NCBI GenBank assembly: GCA_947482555.1
Contig: CANKKB010000001.1
Coordinates: 4,278-68,277, forward strand
Source of the DNA: Burkholderiaceae bacterium
GTDB taxonomy: Bacteria > Pseudomonadota > Gammaproteobacteria > Burkholderiales > Burkholderiaceae
Reading direction: 5' to 3'
DNA: 64,000 nt
Made by a program: the position numbers and the translations under genes. Below are positions 52,215 to 61,222 of the stretch, piece after piece; position 1 is the first letter of the stretch, and the number at the start of each line of letters is the position of its first letter. Under the pieces are notes generated by a model, which worked only from the letters and a program-made list of their open reading frames with translations, searched no databases and was not told where the DNA came from.

Positions 52215-53010
52215 TTTCAGCGGTCATTAAATATTTAATAACGTAGTCATTAAATTCGTCCGGCAATACTTGAGATATTGCGTGACCGCCAGTCTCAAAA
52301 AAATGTGTCTCAGCATGTGGGATATAGCCAGCAATCTCTTCAGAGTAAAAAATTGGGGTTAGATGGTCATCTTTAGCGCAAATAATTGCCGTTTGACATT
52401 TAACTTCTCGAAGCTTCTCTTCTGGGCCATACGCACAAATAGCATCAATACGGCTACACATAATTTCACTAGGGGGCAATGCGTTAGCTGATGCCTGCTC
52501 ACCAGCTTCAATATCATTAATATTTTGACTGACATACCATGGAGGCATCAAAAATAACGGTGTCGTTTGGACATACGCCAAAGGCCCGCTATCCAATAAA
52601 ACTCTTTTCCTGACATCAAAACATCTTTGAAAATAACTATCCTTCCTGGCCCACCCAGAATACATTACTGCGCTTCGAATTCTTTCTGGGTAGCGCATAG
52701 CCATATCCTGAGCCATTACCGCTCCCGTTGAGTGACCAACAATATGCGCGCTTTTAAGATCTAGCTCATCCATTACTGCAATCATGTCATCGGTCATCAG
52801 CTCAACTGAATATTTCAATTTATCCTTACTCGACTTCCCCGTTCCCCGGTGGTCATGTAAAACTAAATGAAAATTCTCTGAAAATGACTTCACTTGGGGT
52901 TTCCAATACCCTGAAGCTCCTCCGATGCCAGCTACCAATAAAACTGGGGTGCCTTTTCCTAGACTCTCGTAATAAATCTCGCCTTGATGGTTGGCTTTAG
53001 CGAATGGCAT
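52174..53010 (-). CDS. second RutD-like alpha/beta hydrolase
   Basis: GIGG...YW.PQ, HDHRGTG.S, GHSTG, RCFDVRK..L...GPLAYV, GGHA. Confidence 0.8.
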   Translation of the reverse strand: MPFAKANHQGEIYYESLGKGTPVLLVAGIGGASGYWKPQVKSFSENFHLVLHDHRGTGKSSKDKLKYSVELMTDDMIAVMDELDLKSAHIVGHSTGAVMAQDMAMRYPERIRSAVMYSGWARKDSYFQRCFDVRKRVLLDSGPLAYVQTTPLFLMPPWYVSQNINDIEAGEQASANALPPSEIMCSRIDAICAYGPEEKLREVKCQTAIICAKDDHLTPIFYSEEIAGYIPHAETHFFETGGHAISQVLPDEFNDYVIKYLMTAENEYQKSNRDQKNG

Positions 53011-53034
53011 TTCAATTAACCCCTCATATAAAAA

Positions 53035-53814
53035 TTAATTCCAGCGAAACCTTTTCTCGATTAAAGTCACCCCATAATCAAGAATAAGTGCTAATGCCAT
53101 CATTGAAAATAAGCCGACCCAAACAGTATTCAAATCGTAAATTGTCCCAGCGTAGTAAACCAGATAACCTAGTCCTTCTTTGGCGGCAATATATTCCCCT
53201 ACTACTGCACCAATCAGTGCAAATCCCACATTTAAGCGTAATCCAGAAACAATCCAAGGGATTGTTGAAGGAACAATCACCTTTCTGAAAGAGGTCATAC
53301 TCGTTGCGCCTAAAGAGCGCATCAGACGAATCAAGTCCTGGTCAACCTGCTGGGCACCACTGAAAGCGGTAACTAAAGAAACAATAAAACAAATAATTGC
53401 CGCAATAGCAACCTTGGATTCCATACCTAAACCAAACCAAACAATAATTAAAGGGGCGAGCGCAATCTTGGGCAAGCCATTAATCGCAACAATAAATGGC
53501 CTAAGAACCTTAGCAAATGTTGGGGTAAGCCATAAACTAAGCCCTATTAAGCTCCCCAAAAAACTTCCAATAAAGAACCCTAATGCGGACTCAAGAGCAG
53601 TGATCCATGTATGCTTTAATAAACTGAGATCACTGATTTGCTCGATAAATTTAATAAAAATACCACTTGGCAATCCATATAAATAAACCTTTAGCAAACC
53701 TGTACGAATGGCCAATTCCCACGCTCCAAAAAAGGCTACTATCAGCCCTATTTGTGCGAGCAGAATTTTTAACCATACTGAACCAAAGAAAGATCTAGTC
53801 TTAAGCATGGCCAT
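53035..53814 (-). CDS. NitT/TauT ABC permease
   Basis: PKIALAPL.IVWFG, ALIGAVVGE, GLGY. Confidence 0.92.
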   Translation of the reverse strand: MAMLKTRSFFGSVWLKILLAQIGLIVAFFGAWELAIRTGLLKVYLYGLPSGIFIKFIEQISDLSLLKHTWITALESALGFFIGSFLGSLIGLSLWLTPTFAKVLRPFIVAINGLPKIALAPLIIVWFGLGMESKVAIAAIICFIVSLVTAFSGAQQVDQDLIRLMRSLGATSMTSFRKVIVPSTIPWIVSGLRLNVGFALIGAVVGEYIAAKEGLGYLVYYAGTIYDLNTVWVGLFSMMALALILDYGVTLIEKRFRWN

Positions 53815-53819
53815 TACAA

Positions 53820-54209
53820 TTATTTTTTAGGCAAGTGAGCAGTAGAAGATATTTCTACTAGAAATTCAGGCTTAACTAAATCAGCCTTGATGCAGTAACG
53901 AGCCGGGTATGGACTAGAAAAATATTCCTTATACACAATGTTCATCGCCGCATAGTCTTTGAGATCTTTTAGGAAGATTGCGTTGTACACCACATCATCC
54001 ATAGTGCCCCCAGCAGATTCAACTACAGATTTAATGGACTCAAGAATTGCTCGGCACTGCGCGCCGGCATCTCCTATTCCTATGGTTTTGCCTTCAGTAT
54101 CCATGGCCAGCATTCCAGATACATATAAAATATTATCAGCCACTACTCCCGGTGAATAAGGTGCTAGAGGTGGTGGTGATCCCGTTGGGATAACTGGGGT
54201 TCTTGGCAT
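53820..54209 (-). CDS. rutC: RutC (RidA/YjgF family)
   Basis: [21 protein letters not shown]...LVKP..LVEI; in the rut cluster. Confidence 0.85.
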   Translation of the reverse strand: MPRTPVIPTGSPPPLAPYSPGVVADNILYVSGMLAMDTEGKTIGIGDAGAQCRAILESIKSVVESAGGTMDDVVYNAIFLKDLKDYAAMNIVYKEYFSSPYPARYCIKADLVKPEFLVEISSTAHLPKK

Positions 54210-54219
54210 ATTGACTCCT

Positions 54220-55281
54220 TTAGTTGGTTAAACCAAAATCTTTGGCTGCTTTTATCGCAAATGTGTTGTCCACCATTTGCGAATAATCTAGAGTTTGCTT
54301 CAAGGTTCCTGCGCCTGCTTCATGCTTCATGATTGCATCCCAATCTACCTTCGTGATGATCGGATTACGGGGTACAACATATGGCGCTTTCATGAAATTT
54401 GCTGAGCCAATTTTGATGACTTCTTTGGGTACCTGGGGAAATTCCTGAGCACTAATGTCAGCAAACATATTAGGGTCAGTGTGTAATAATTTCATCGCCT
54501 CAGCTAATGCATTACAAAATGCTTGAACCGTAGGCCCATTAGCCTGAACATAACTTTCAGTACAAAAAATTGATGTAAATGCTATTGGCCCAAGAATATT
54601 AGCAAAAGAAAATACGTTCTCTAGTCCAAATTGTTCTACACCAATCGTAGCATCCCAGTCAAAAGCAATCGCCACGTCTGCTCGGCCGTCTTTTACAGCA
54701 GTCGCTTGGGCTCCGGGAGGTAACTCAATAAATGTAATTCCCGAATCCTTAGGATCGAACCCACCGATCATACGCATAATATAAGTTGGGGTTGAGATCG
54801 TATTTGACGGAAATCGTAGAGTAGCAATTCTTTTTCCTTTGAAATCGTTTAAGGAGTTAATTTTTGTTCCGGGCTTAGCAATTGCAAAAAGAGAAATTCC
54901 TCCTGCAATCTTTGCTACGCACTTCATCTTTCCGCCTTCTAATGTTGCATTGACTGACATCCCCGTTCCAGTGCAAGCAAACTGCCCCCTACCTGAAAGT
55001 AAAACTGGCACCGGCAAAGCAATGCCCCCCGCAGTAGAAAGATCAACATCTAAGCCATGCTTTATAAATAAACCCTTCTTCAGCGCTGTATACACAGGTG
55101 TATAGAGTGCAATATGGATCGCCTCTGAAAGAACAACTTTAGTTCTTTGTTGGGCATTTACATTAAATGGTATTGAAGATGCCAGGGCTAAACCACCTAT
55201 TCCTCCCAACACTTTTCGCCTGCTCAGCGATTCCAAATTAGTGTCAATCGTTAAAATATCTTTTGCTGATAATTTACTCAT
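54220..55281 (-). CDS. NMT1/Thi5-like ABC substrate-binding protein, Tat signal
   Basis: SRRKVL leader, Y.P.Y.A..KG.F...GLDV, GKRIA. Confidence 0.82.
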   Translation of the reverse strand: MSKLSAKDILTIDTNLESLSRRKVLGGIGGLALASSIPFNVNAQQRTKVVLSEAIHIALYTPVYTALKKGLFIKHGLDVDLSTAGGIALPVPVLLSGRGQFACTGTGMSVNATLEGGKMKCVAKIAGGISLFAIAKPGTKINSLNDFKGKRIATLRFPSNTISTPTYIMRMIGGFDPKDSGITFIELPPGAQATAVKDGRADVAIAFDWDATIGVEQFGLENVFSFANILGPIAFTSIFCTESYVQANGPTVQAFCNALAEAMKLLHTDPNMFADISAQEFPQVPKEVIKIGSANFMKAPYVVPRNPIITKVDWDAIMKHEAGAGTLKQTLDYSQMVDNTFAIKAAKDFGLTN

Positions 55282-55387
55282 GCTTAAATCTCCAATTGCA
55301 GGTTAGATGAAAAATGAAGTCGTTACTTTGAATATCTTTTTAAAATAAGTGTGAGTTATCCTAACATACATATAAAATTTATATTTC

Positions 55388-55423
55388 TAGTGGGCTCAAG
55401 AGGACTTGAGACTTGGACCAAAG
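55388..55423 (-). pseudogene. tRNA 3' scar (Ile2/CAU-like family)
   Basis: TAGTGGGCTCAAGAGGACTTGAGACTTGGACCAAAG aligns with 63157-63179 and 62017-62050. Confidence 0.7.
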
Positions 55424-55449
55424 AGGTATTTGATACTCTTTCTTAAACA

Positions 55450-56406
55450 CTATTCAATATATATCTTTCTTTCCTTAATCAAAATTTTTAATCTAGCTCT
55501 TTCAGTCTCAATCTTCATTTTCATCTGCTCTGGAGTGTCGGCAATCACCTCCATCCCTGCCGCAGCAAATCGTTCCTTAACAGCTGAATCATTAAGAACT
55601 AAATTAACATCCTTATAGATTTTTTGGACTACTGCATTTGGTGTACCCTTAACCCCCACTATGCCAAACCAACCTTTAGCTTCGTATCCGGGAACGGTCG
55701 CTGCGATAGTACGTACCCCAGGAAGTTGGTTAACTGGTTCAAGTGAAGCTACTCCGAGAGCCCTTAATTTTCCACCTTTGATTAAAGGTAAAGATGGGGT
55801 AATTGCACAAATACAAAAATCTAATCCCCCCCCAACAAGATCAACAAGCGCAGGGGGATCGCCTTTATAGGGTATAGAATTTGCAGAAATACCCGACATG
55901 TAAAGAAAATTTTCACTTGCTATATGACTTTGAGACCCAATTCCTGCATGCCCAAAAGATAATGAACCGGGATTTTCTTTAGCGGCCTTAAGCAAATCCT
56001 CAACAGTTTTAAACTTAGAATTTATTGGGACTGAAAGCACTAGTGGGGCTGAAGAGACTGTAGTAATGGGGACAAAATCTCTATCAGGATTATATTTTAG
56101 GTTCGAGTAAATATATTCATTTGCCGTTAAAACTGCGCCCGCTGGGAAAAATAAGGTGTATCCATCGGCCGGAGACTTTGCAACCTCAACTGCTGCAATT
56201 GACCCGCCAGCACCCACCTTATTCTCTACAAAAAGTGTTTGTCCCCAAATTGTAGATAATTTTTCAGAAAGTATTCTTGCGGGTATATCAGTAGCTCCGC
56301 CAGCAGGAAATGGAACCACTAGACGTACAGATTTTTGTGGCCAATTTTGAGAATAGGCGGTCACTGAAAATATCATACAAAAAATTACTAAGCTTATTTT
56401 TTTCAC
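55450..56406 (-). CDS. Bug/TctC receptor
   Basis: VPFPAGGATD, ENK.GAGG, PYKG. Confidence 0.92.
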   Translation of the reverse strand: MKKISLVIFCMIFSVTAYSQNWPQKSVRLVVPFPAGGATDIPARILSEKLSTIWGQTLFVENKVGAGGSIAAVEVAKSPADGYTLFFPAGAVLTANEYIYSNLKYNPDRDFVPITTVSSAPLVLSVPINSKFKTVEDLLKAAKENPGSLSFGHAGIGSQSHIASENFLYMSGISANSIPYKGDPPALVDLVGGGLDFCICAITPSLPLIKGGKLRALGVASLEPVNQLPGVRTIAATVPGYEAKGWFGIVGVKGTPNAVVQKIYKDVNLVLNDSAVKERFAAAGMEVIADTPEQMKMKIETERARLKILIKERKIYIE

Positions 56407-56477
56407 AATTTGTCTCCGGAAATTATAATTATTATATTATCTGAATTTCTTAACTAAGTACCTTATATTAAATAAAT

Positions 56478-56810
56478 TTACTCCTCATGGTTATATAAAA
56501 TATTTTTATTTAAGTTAATCCAAATATCATTATTTCTAATTTCAGTTTCATAATTAGAGAGTCGGCACTCAGAGTCCCCTAGAGGCTCACAGGATGGAAT
56601 GCTCCATTGCCATAAATGCTTATCGCAAGTTAATGTTTCCCCATCAAAAAAACCGTCTATTAATGCGTTATCCATATGCGGGCAAGAAGGGGGAATTGCA
56701 ACGAAGCCTGCAGCACCATTGATAATAATAAAGTTAACCTCGCCAATACAAAAGGCTTTCATGGCCCCTATAGCAATATCTTCTGTTCTACAAACTTTGT
56801 TCCAGGTCAT
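56478..56810 (-). CDS. msmC: Rieske ferredoxin (MsmC-like)
   Basis: CPH...L..G.FDG..LTC.KHLWQW; follows the msmA/msmB-like genes. Confidence 0.75.
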   Translation of the reverse strand: MTWNKVCRTEDIAIGAMKAFCIGEVNFIIINGAAGFVAIPPSCPHMDNALIDGFFDGETLTCDKHLWQWSIPSCEPLGDSECRLSNYETEIRNNDIWINLNKNILYNHEE

Positions 56811-56818
56811 TTTTATGC

Positions 56819-57325
56819 TTAGAACGGAATATGGGATCCAACATCAATTTGACGTGTTTCCAAAACAACATTTCTATCAATAAATTCGGCTTTAAATGAT
56901 TCACTATCCACTCTTATTTGATCAATATATTTTCCTACTGCAAATAATTTAGTCTGGCCAGAATATAAATGTGAATTTAAACCGTCTAACTCGGTACGAT
57001 ACAGAGAAAATATGCTAACTACATCATATACATTCGTTGTGTTAGTCGGATTAATTTGATAAACCGTAATGTGCCTAGTAAGGGGTGAATGGTTAGTGTT
57101 GTGTTTTGGGAGAATATCTAAAATTCCCTTAAGCCCTTGCCAATTTCTCTCCATCCAACACTGTTCTTTTTTGATTTCAGGGCTGTAATTAGTAATTCTA
57201 TAGTTAAATTTATCTTTATCGCAGAAAGATAAAAACTTTTCCCAATCTTCACTGTTTAAAGCCAAACAACTTTCATATATACAAACTTCAATGGCCTGCT
57301 TTGTCATTAAATCTAGTAATGGCAT
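56819..57325 (-). CDS. msmB: ring-hydroxylating oxygenase small subunit (MsmB-like)
   Basis: IY.SCL.L, Y.I..YSPEI, LP.H.T.HSPL.RH, R.V.L.TR...GSH.P; sits between the alpha subunit and the ferredoxin. Confidence 0.75.
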   Translation of the reverse strand: MPLLDLMTKQAIEVCIYESCLALNSEDWEKFLSFCDKDKFNYRITNYSPEIKKEQCWMERNWQGLKGILDILPKHNTNHSPLTRHITVYQINPTNTTNVYDVVSIFSLYRTELDGLNSHLYSGQTKLFAVGKYIDQIRVDSESFKAEFIDRNVVLETRQIDVGSHIPF

Positions 57326-57354
57326 TTAAAATCCAATCAAAAAATTATTTTTAT

Positions 57355-58626
57355 TTATAAACTGCTAGCTTTTTTTTCCATACGCTTAGACCATTCCGCA
57401 TAATAAGATCGCAAGCCAATCTCATCATGAATCGTAGAGTCTTCTTCTCTAGCCATTAATAAATGTTTAATATTCGACCCATTTCCCATCGCCGCTGTTT
57501 GATTTTGCACAGCCAATAAATCTTCCATTAAATTTCTACCAAACGGCCCCCATATCGTGTCGTGGTCTGCGATTCGTTCTTGCCGCTGCTCTGGGGTATC
57601 ACCTTTTAATCCCAGGCCACGAATTTCAATCAATGTTTCTTTCTCGCTAATTGGGGTCATTACGCTGACCCTAAGACAAGAAGCTCGAAGGCTATAGGTA
57701 CAGCTTGGAAATATATTTAATTGTTTCCAGCCATTTTTAGGCATTCCCGGGAATGTTAAGTGCCTATCCTTGCTTCCCTCATATGCATCGTAGGTTACCG
57801 TTGTCAATCCTGTTGCAGCATGACCATTATCAAAGACCGAGTATTTGCGATCAAAATATCCCTTTTGCAGCATTCCTGTCGCTCTATTGTGATAGTGCAT
57901 ATAGTCGTGATAGAACTCCCGACTTGTTTCATGCCATAGCTTGTAATTCGTAGGGATAATTGACTTTTGGTAATGAAATATCTCCAAAGGCTCAGAATCT
58001 AACTCCGTACTCATTAAATCAAAAGCATCTCCAACAAAGGCAGATAGCGACTCACAGTTGTCGTCTAAATTAACCCATATAAAACCACCATGGGCTATCT
58101 CTGAGCGAATTTCCCGCAAACCAATGTCTGCTTTACATAGCCTATCTTGATAGCCTTGCTTTTCCCTGGGGATATCTACGCAGTGCCCCATAGCATCAAA
58201 TTGCCACCCATGAAACATGCATGTCATATTTTTAGGATTTCCTGATGGCTCTGCATTCAATAGATTACCTGCAGGATTTCGCATAATCGTATTGCCACGA
58301 TGGGGGCAAACATTTAAGAAGGTTCTAATTTTATTATCCGGCCCTCTAACTGAAATTAAGGGTTTATTTCCAGCTACCCCAGTTGTCCTGTAGTCATATT
58401 TATTTGGTAATTCACTTTCATGGCAAATTGGCAACCAAACTTTATTAAATATTTTTTCTATTTCTTCATTAAAGATATCTGGATTTGTATATACGCCCGT
58501 TTCAATAAAGTGAGTCTCTGGTAATTTTGGCTTTTCAAACCATGACTTTGAATTTTTTGATGAGCCAGTCTTTTGACCAACCTTAGTTAACATTGACTTA
58601 CTTCCTGACTCAATAGTTTCTTTCAT
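57355..58626 (-). CDS. msmA: methanesulfonate monooxygenase hydroxylase alpha subunit-like Rieske protein
   Basis: CPH-X26-CMFH (26 residues counted), the long Rieske spacer characteristic of MsmA; PSGNPK.MTCMFH, REK.GYQDRL, EFYHDYMH, WGPFGRNL.ED. Confidence 0.82.
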   Translation of the reverse strand: MKETIESGSKSMLTKVGQKTGSSKNSKSWFEKPKLPETHFIETGVYTNPDIFNEEIEKIFNKVWLPICHESELPNKYDYRTTGVAGNKPLISVRGPDNKIRTFLNVCPHRGNTIMRNPAGNLLNAEPSGNPKNMTCMFHGWQFDAMGHCVDIPREKQGYQDRLCKADIGLREIRSEIAHGGFIWVNLDDNCESLSAFVGDAFDLMSTELDSEPLEIFHYQKSIIPTNYKLWHETSREFYHDYMHYHNRATGMLQKGYFDRKYSVFDNGHAATGLTTVTYDAYEGSKDRHLTFPGMPKNGWKQLNIFPSCTYSLRASCLRVSVMTPISEKETLIEIRGLGLKGDTPEQRQERIADHDTIWGPFGRNLMEDLLAVQNQTAAMGNGSNIKHLLMAREEDSTIHDEIGLRSYYAEWSKRMEKKASSL

Positions 58627-58659
58627 TTTTAATTTTTACCTTTTATCCATGAAAATTGT

Positions 58660-59199
58660 TTACTTAGCCTTCTTTTCTAATGCATCAACTATGGCCTTAC
58701 AAAAATAAGGGATGTCGCTAGGCTTTCTGGAAGTAATAATATTTTGATCTATAACTACGGGGCTATCGCTGTATATTCCACCCGCATTTTCGATATCATC
58801 TTTAATCTGAGAAGCCCCTGTAACTTTTACACCGCTAATGAGTTGAGCAGAAATCAAAACCCACGTACCATGACAGATTGCTGCAATAAGCGCACCATTA
58901 GAGTAATTCTTCTTAATAAGTTGAATAACATCGTTATCAACACGCAATAAATCAGGTGCATACCCTCCCGGAATAATTATTAAGTCAAAGCTATTAGCTA
59001 ATGCTTCTTTTGCGCTCATGTCTGGGTTAGCTGGATAGCCCAACTTTGATTTATATAAATTGGTAGTTGGAGCAATAATTTTTACTTCAACGCCAATTTC
59101 CTGAAGTCTATAAATGGGGACCCAAACTTCCATCTCTTGGTAAAGATTTTCAACCAGCATTCCAGCAATTGCTTTAGCCATATTTAATTTTCTTTCCAC
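58660..59199 (-). CDS. DJ-1/PfpI family protein
   Basis: E..E..VP..RL, IPGGYAPD.LR, AAICHG, ITSR.P.D. Confidence 0.92.
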   Translation of the reverse strand: MERKLNMAKAIAGMLVENLYQEMEVWVPIYRLQEIGVEVKIIAPTTNLYKSKLGYPANPDMSAKEALANSFDLIIIPGGYAPDLLRVDNDVIQLIKKNYSNGALIAAICHGTWVLISAQLISGVKVTGASQIKDDIENAGGIYSDSPVVIDQNIITSRKPSDIPYFCKAIVDALEKKAK

Positions 59200-59277
59200 T
59201 CATTCGAATGACTTAAAGAGGCCAATATACTACTAAATTCATATTTACGTATCATTAGGGTTAATACTGAATAAGCC

Positions 59278-60051
59278 ATGTTAAATAATTCGAAAAAAAT
59301 AATTCGCCAATCGCCAAAAACAAAAGGTTCGACATTGCTTTACAAGCAAGTTAAGACTGATTTAATTGAGTCCCTAAGAAAATCTGAATGGAGGCCCGGG
59401 GAGGCATTACCAAGCGAAGCTAAATTGGCCTCTAAATATGGCGTTGGAATTTCGACGGTTCGTGCTGCAATAGCAGAACTTACAATCGCAAATCTTTTAA
59501 TTAAGATTCAGGGAAAGGGGACATTTGTAGCTGACCATAATTCAAATTCGGATATTTATCGCTTTTTTAGACTCATCAGAAAAGACGGTGAAAAAATATT
59601 ACCAGTTAGTCAATTAGTCTCTTTCTCAAAAATACCAAGCTCCCAAAAGAGTAATGATCAATTTAATTTAAGTGATAAACAAAAGCAGCTTGGGTTTTAT
59701 AATATACAAAATATTCTTTTTGTAGATGATAGTCCAACTATATTCTCAACTATTTTAGTTCCGGCCTATCTTTTTCCAGGGATGACAAAAGCTACTTTAC
59801 TTAAAGGCAGTAGCACCTTGTACTCCGTTTATCAAAAATCTTTCGGTATAACAATTACTAGATCATCCGAACAATTGGTTGCAAGTAAAGCCGATGCCTT
59901 AGCTGTTAAAAATCTTAAGCTTAATAAAGGCGATTCAATTATTGAAATTAATCGCTTAGCATATACATTTGGAGGGACTTTAATTGAAAAGAGAAATAGT
60001 AAGGTTAATACTAAATTATTTTATTATGAAATAAATGAAGGTGAACTTTAA
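59278..60051 (+). CDS. GntR (HutC/UTRA) regulator
   Basis: LYKQVK, LPSE..LA..YGV...TVR.AI, QGKGTFV. Confidence 0.92.
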   Translation: MLNNSKKIIRQSPKTKGSTLLYKQVKTDLIESLRKSEWRPGEALPSEAKLASKYGVGISTVRAAIAELTIANLLIKIQGKGTFVADHNSNSDIYRFFRLIRKDGEKILPVSQLVSFSKIPSSQKSNDQFNLSDKQKQLGFYNIQNILFVDDSPTIFSTILVPAYLFPGMTKATLLKGSSTLYSVYQKSFGITITRSSEQLVASKADALAVKNLKLNKGDSIIEINRLAYTFGGTLIEKRNSKVNTKLFYYEINEGEL

Positions 60052-60255
60052 TACGCCGTAAATTTCATGGGCTAGTATCAAACCCTATTTATAAGAAATT
60101 ATATTAGTTAAGCATTACCACTTGCACCATCTGCCACCTACTTCACCTATTAACTAGTTCGAATCCCAAACTAGTCACTAATTTGACCTAAAAAGTCATT
60201 ACACACTTCATTGCACACCGCATTTTGACGCTTCTAAACCATTGAATTAATTAAG

Positions 60256-60391
60256 TTTTTAGGTGGAACAATACTCTTTTAATCCGTTGGTTATTAGTTC
60301 GACTTGAGCTAACGCGAAAAGTGGTGGACACTAACTTTGTGAAGCAAAGTTATGTGGGAGTCAATCCCGCGACCCACCATATAGAATGTGG
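60256..60391 (+). repeat. 136-bp direct repeat, copy 2 (tRNA-Lys 3' half at 60276-60379, insert at 60302-60362)
   Basis: Near-identical to 49543-49678. Upstream flank 60157-60275 also aligns with 16681-16788. Confidence 0.92.
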
Positions 60392-60589
60392 GCTAGAAGG
60401 CCATTGGCTTTTTAGTCCTTTTTTCTTTTTTAGTGCCATGTATTGGTTATGTATTGGTTGCAAGGTTATTTCAATCAACTTTGCTCTAATTCTTCGGCTT
60501 TCGATGCCTTTCCTAAAGCTCAATAGTTTTGTTTATTTGGTATATTAATTATTCATTAACCCCAGATTCCTCAATTAAAAAAGTACCTT

Positions 60590-61072
60590 TTGATGCGCAC
60601 CTATTTAACTAGTCTATTAGCCGTCTTAGCTCTAGTAGCTTGTGGTGGGGGTAATGATGTAGCTTCTTCTGGAGCTACTGCTCTGAGTGCTGCTGCTTCT
60701 ACTTCATCAACAGCAACCGCACCAACTACTGAACCTAAACTCAATGGTCAGATTGATGAGCGGACTGGAGTAGCTCCTTCTCTAGCGATGGGTGATAGTG
60801 CCACAGGAATCGACTCGCAGATTAAATTTGCTATGGATGAAATAAGGTATCACCTGGCAGTCTTTCCAAAGGCAGCAGATACAGTCGAGGGAATCCATAA
60901 TTTTTGGATTAGGTGGGAAGTTAAACCCGAGATTGCAGTTACTACTGATGCTTTATCACTATTAAAAGCAGAAGGTCTTGTGGAAATGATAGAAAATGTA
61001 AATGAGAGAAGTGGGAAGCGCTCATGGATATGGCGTATACCAATACACAATATGGCGCCAGGGGAAGGCTAA
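60590..61072 (+). CDS. hypothetical lipoprotein
   Basis: LALVAC lipobox, Ser/Thr/Ala linker, small C-terminal domain (AADTVEGI..FW). Confidence 0.6.
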   Translation: MMRTYLTSLLAVLALVACGGGNDVASSGATALSAAASTSSTATAPTTEPKLNGQIDERTGVAPSLAMGDSATGIDSQIKFAMDEIRYHLAVFPKAADTVEGIHNFWIRWEVKPEIAVTTDALSLLKAEGLVEMIENVNERSGKRSWIWRIPIHNMAPGEG

Positions 61073-61109
61073 ATAAAAAACCAATAGCTCTCTCCACTGC
61101 TGCACCACC

Positions 61110-61131
61110 AATCACCTTCGGGTGGTTTTTT
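61110..61131 (+). terminator. rho-independent terminator
   Basis: AATCACC-TTCG-GGTGGTT followed by a T run. Confidence 0.7.
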
Positions 61132-61222
61132 ATTGGGTCACTATTTTCTGGAATGACTGCCTATGTTAAGATTTAGTAGTGAATTTTCCATGTTTCAAGA
61201 AAATAATTACGGGAGATAGTTA

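Noticed and set aside
60321-60548. 75-aa ORF MVDTNFVKQ...
   Set aside because: It starts inside the T-loop insert and runs through the tRNA scar and arm repeats; most likely spurious.
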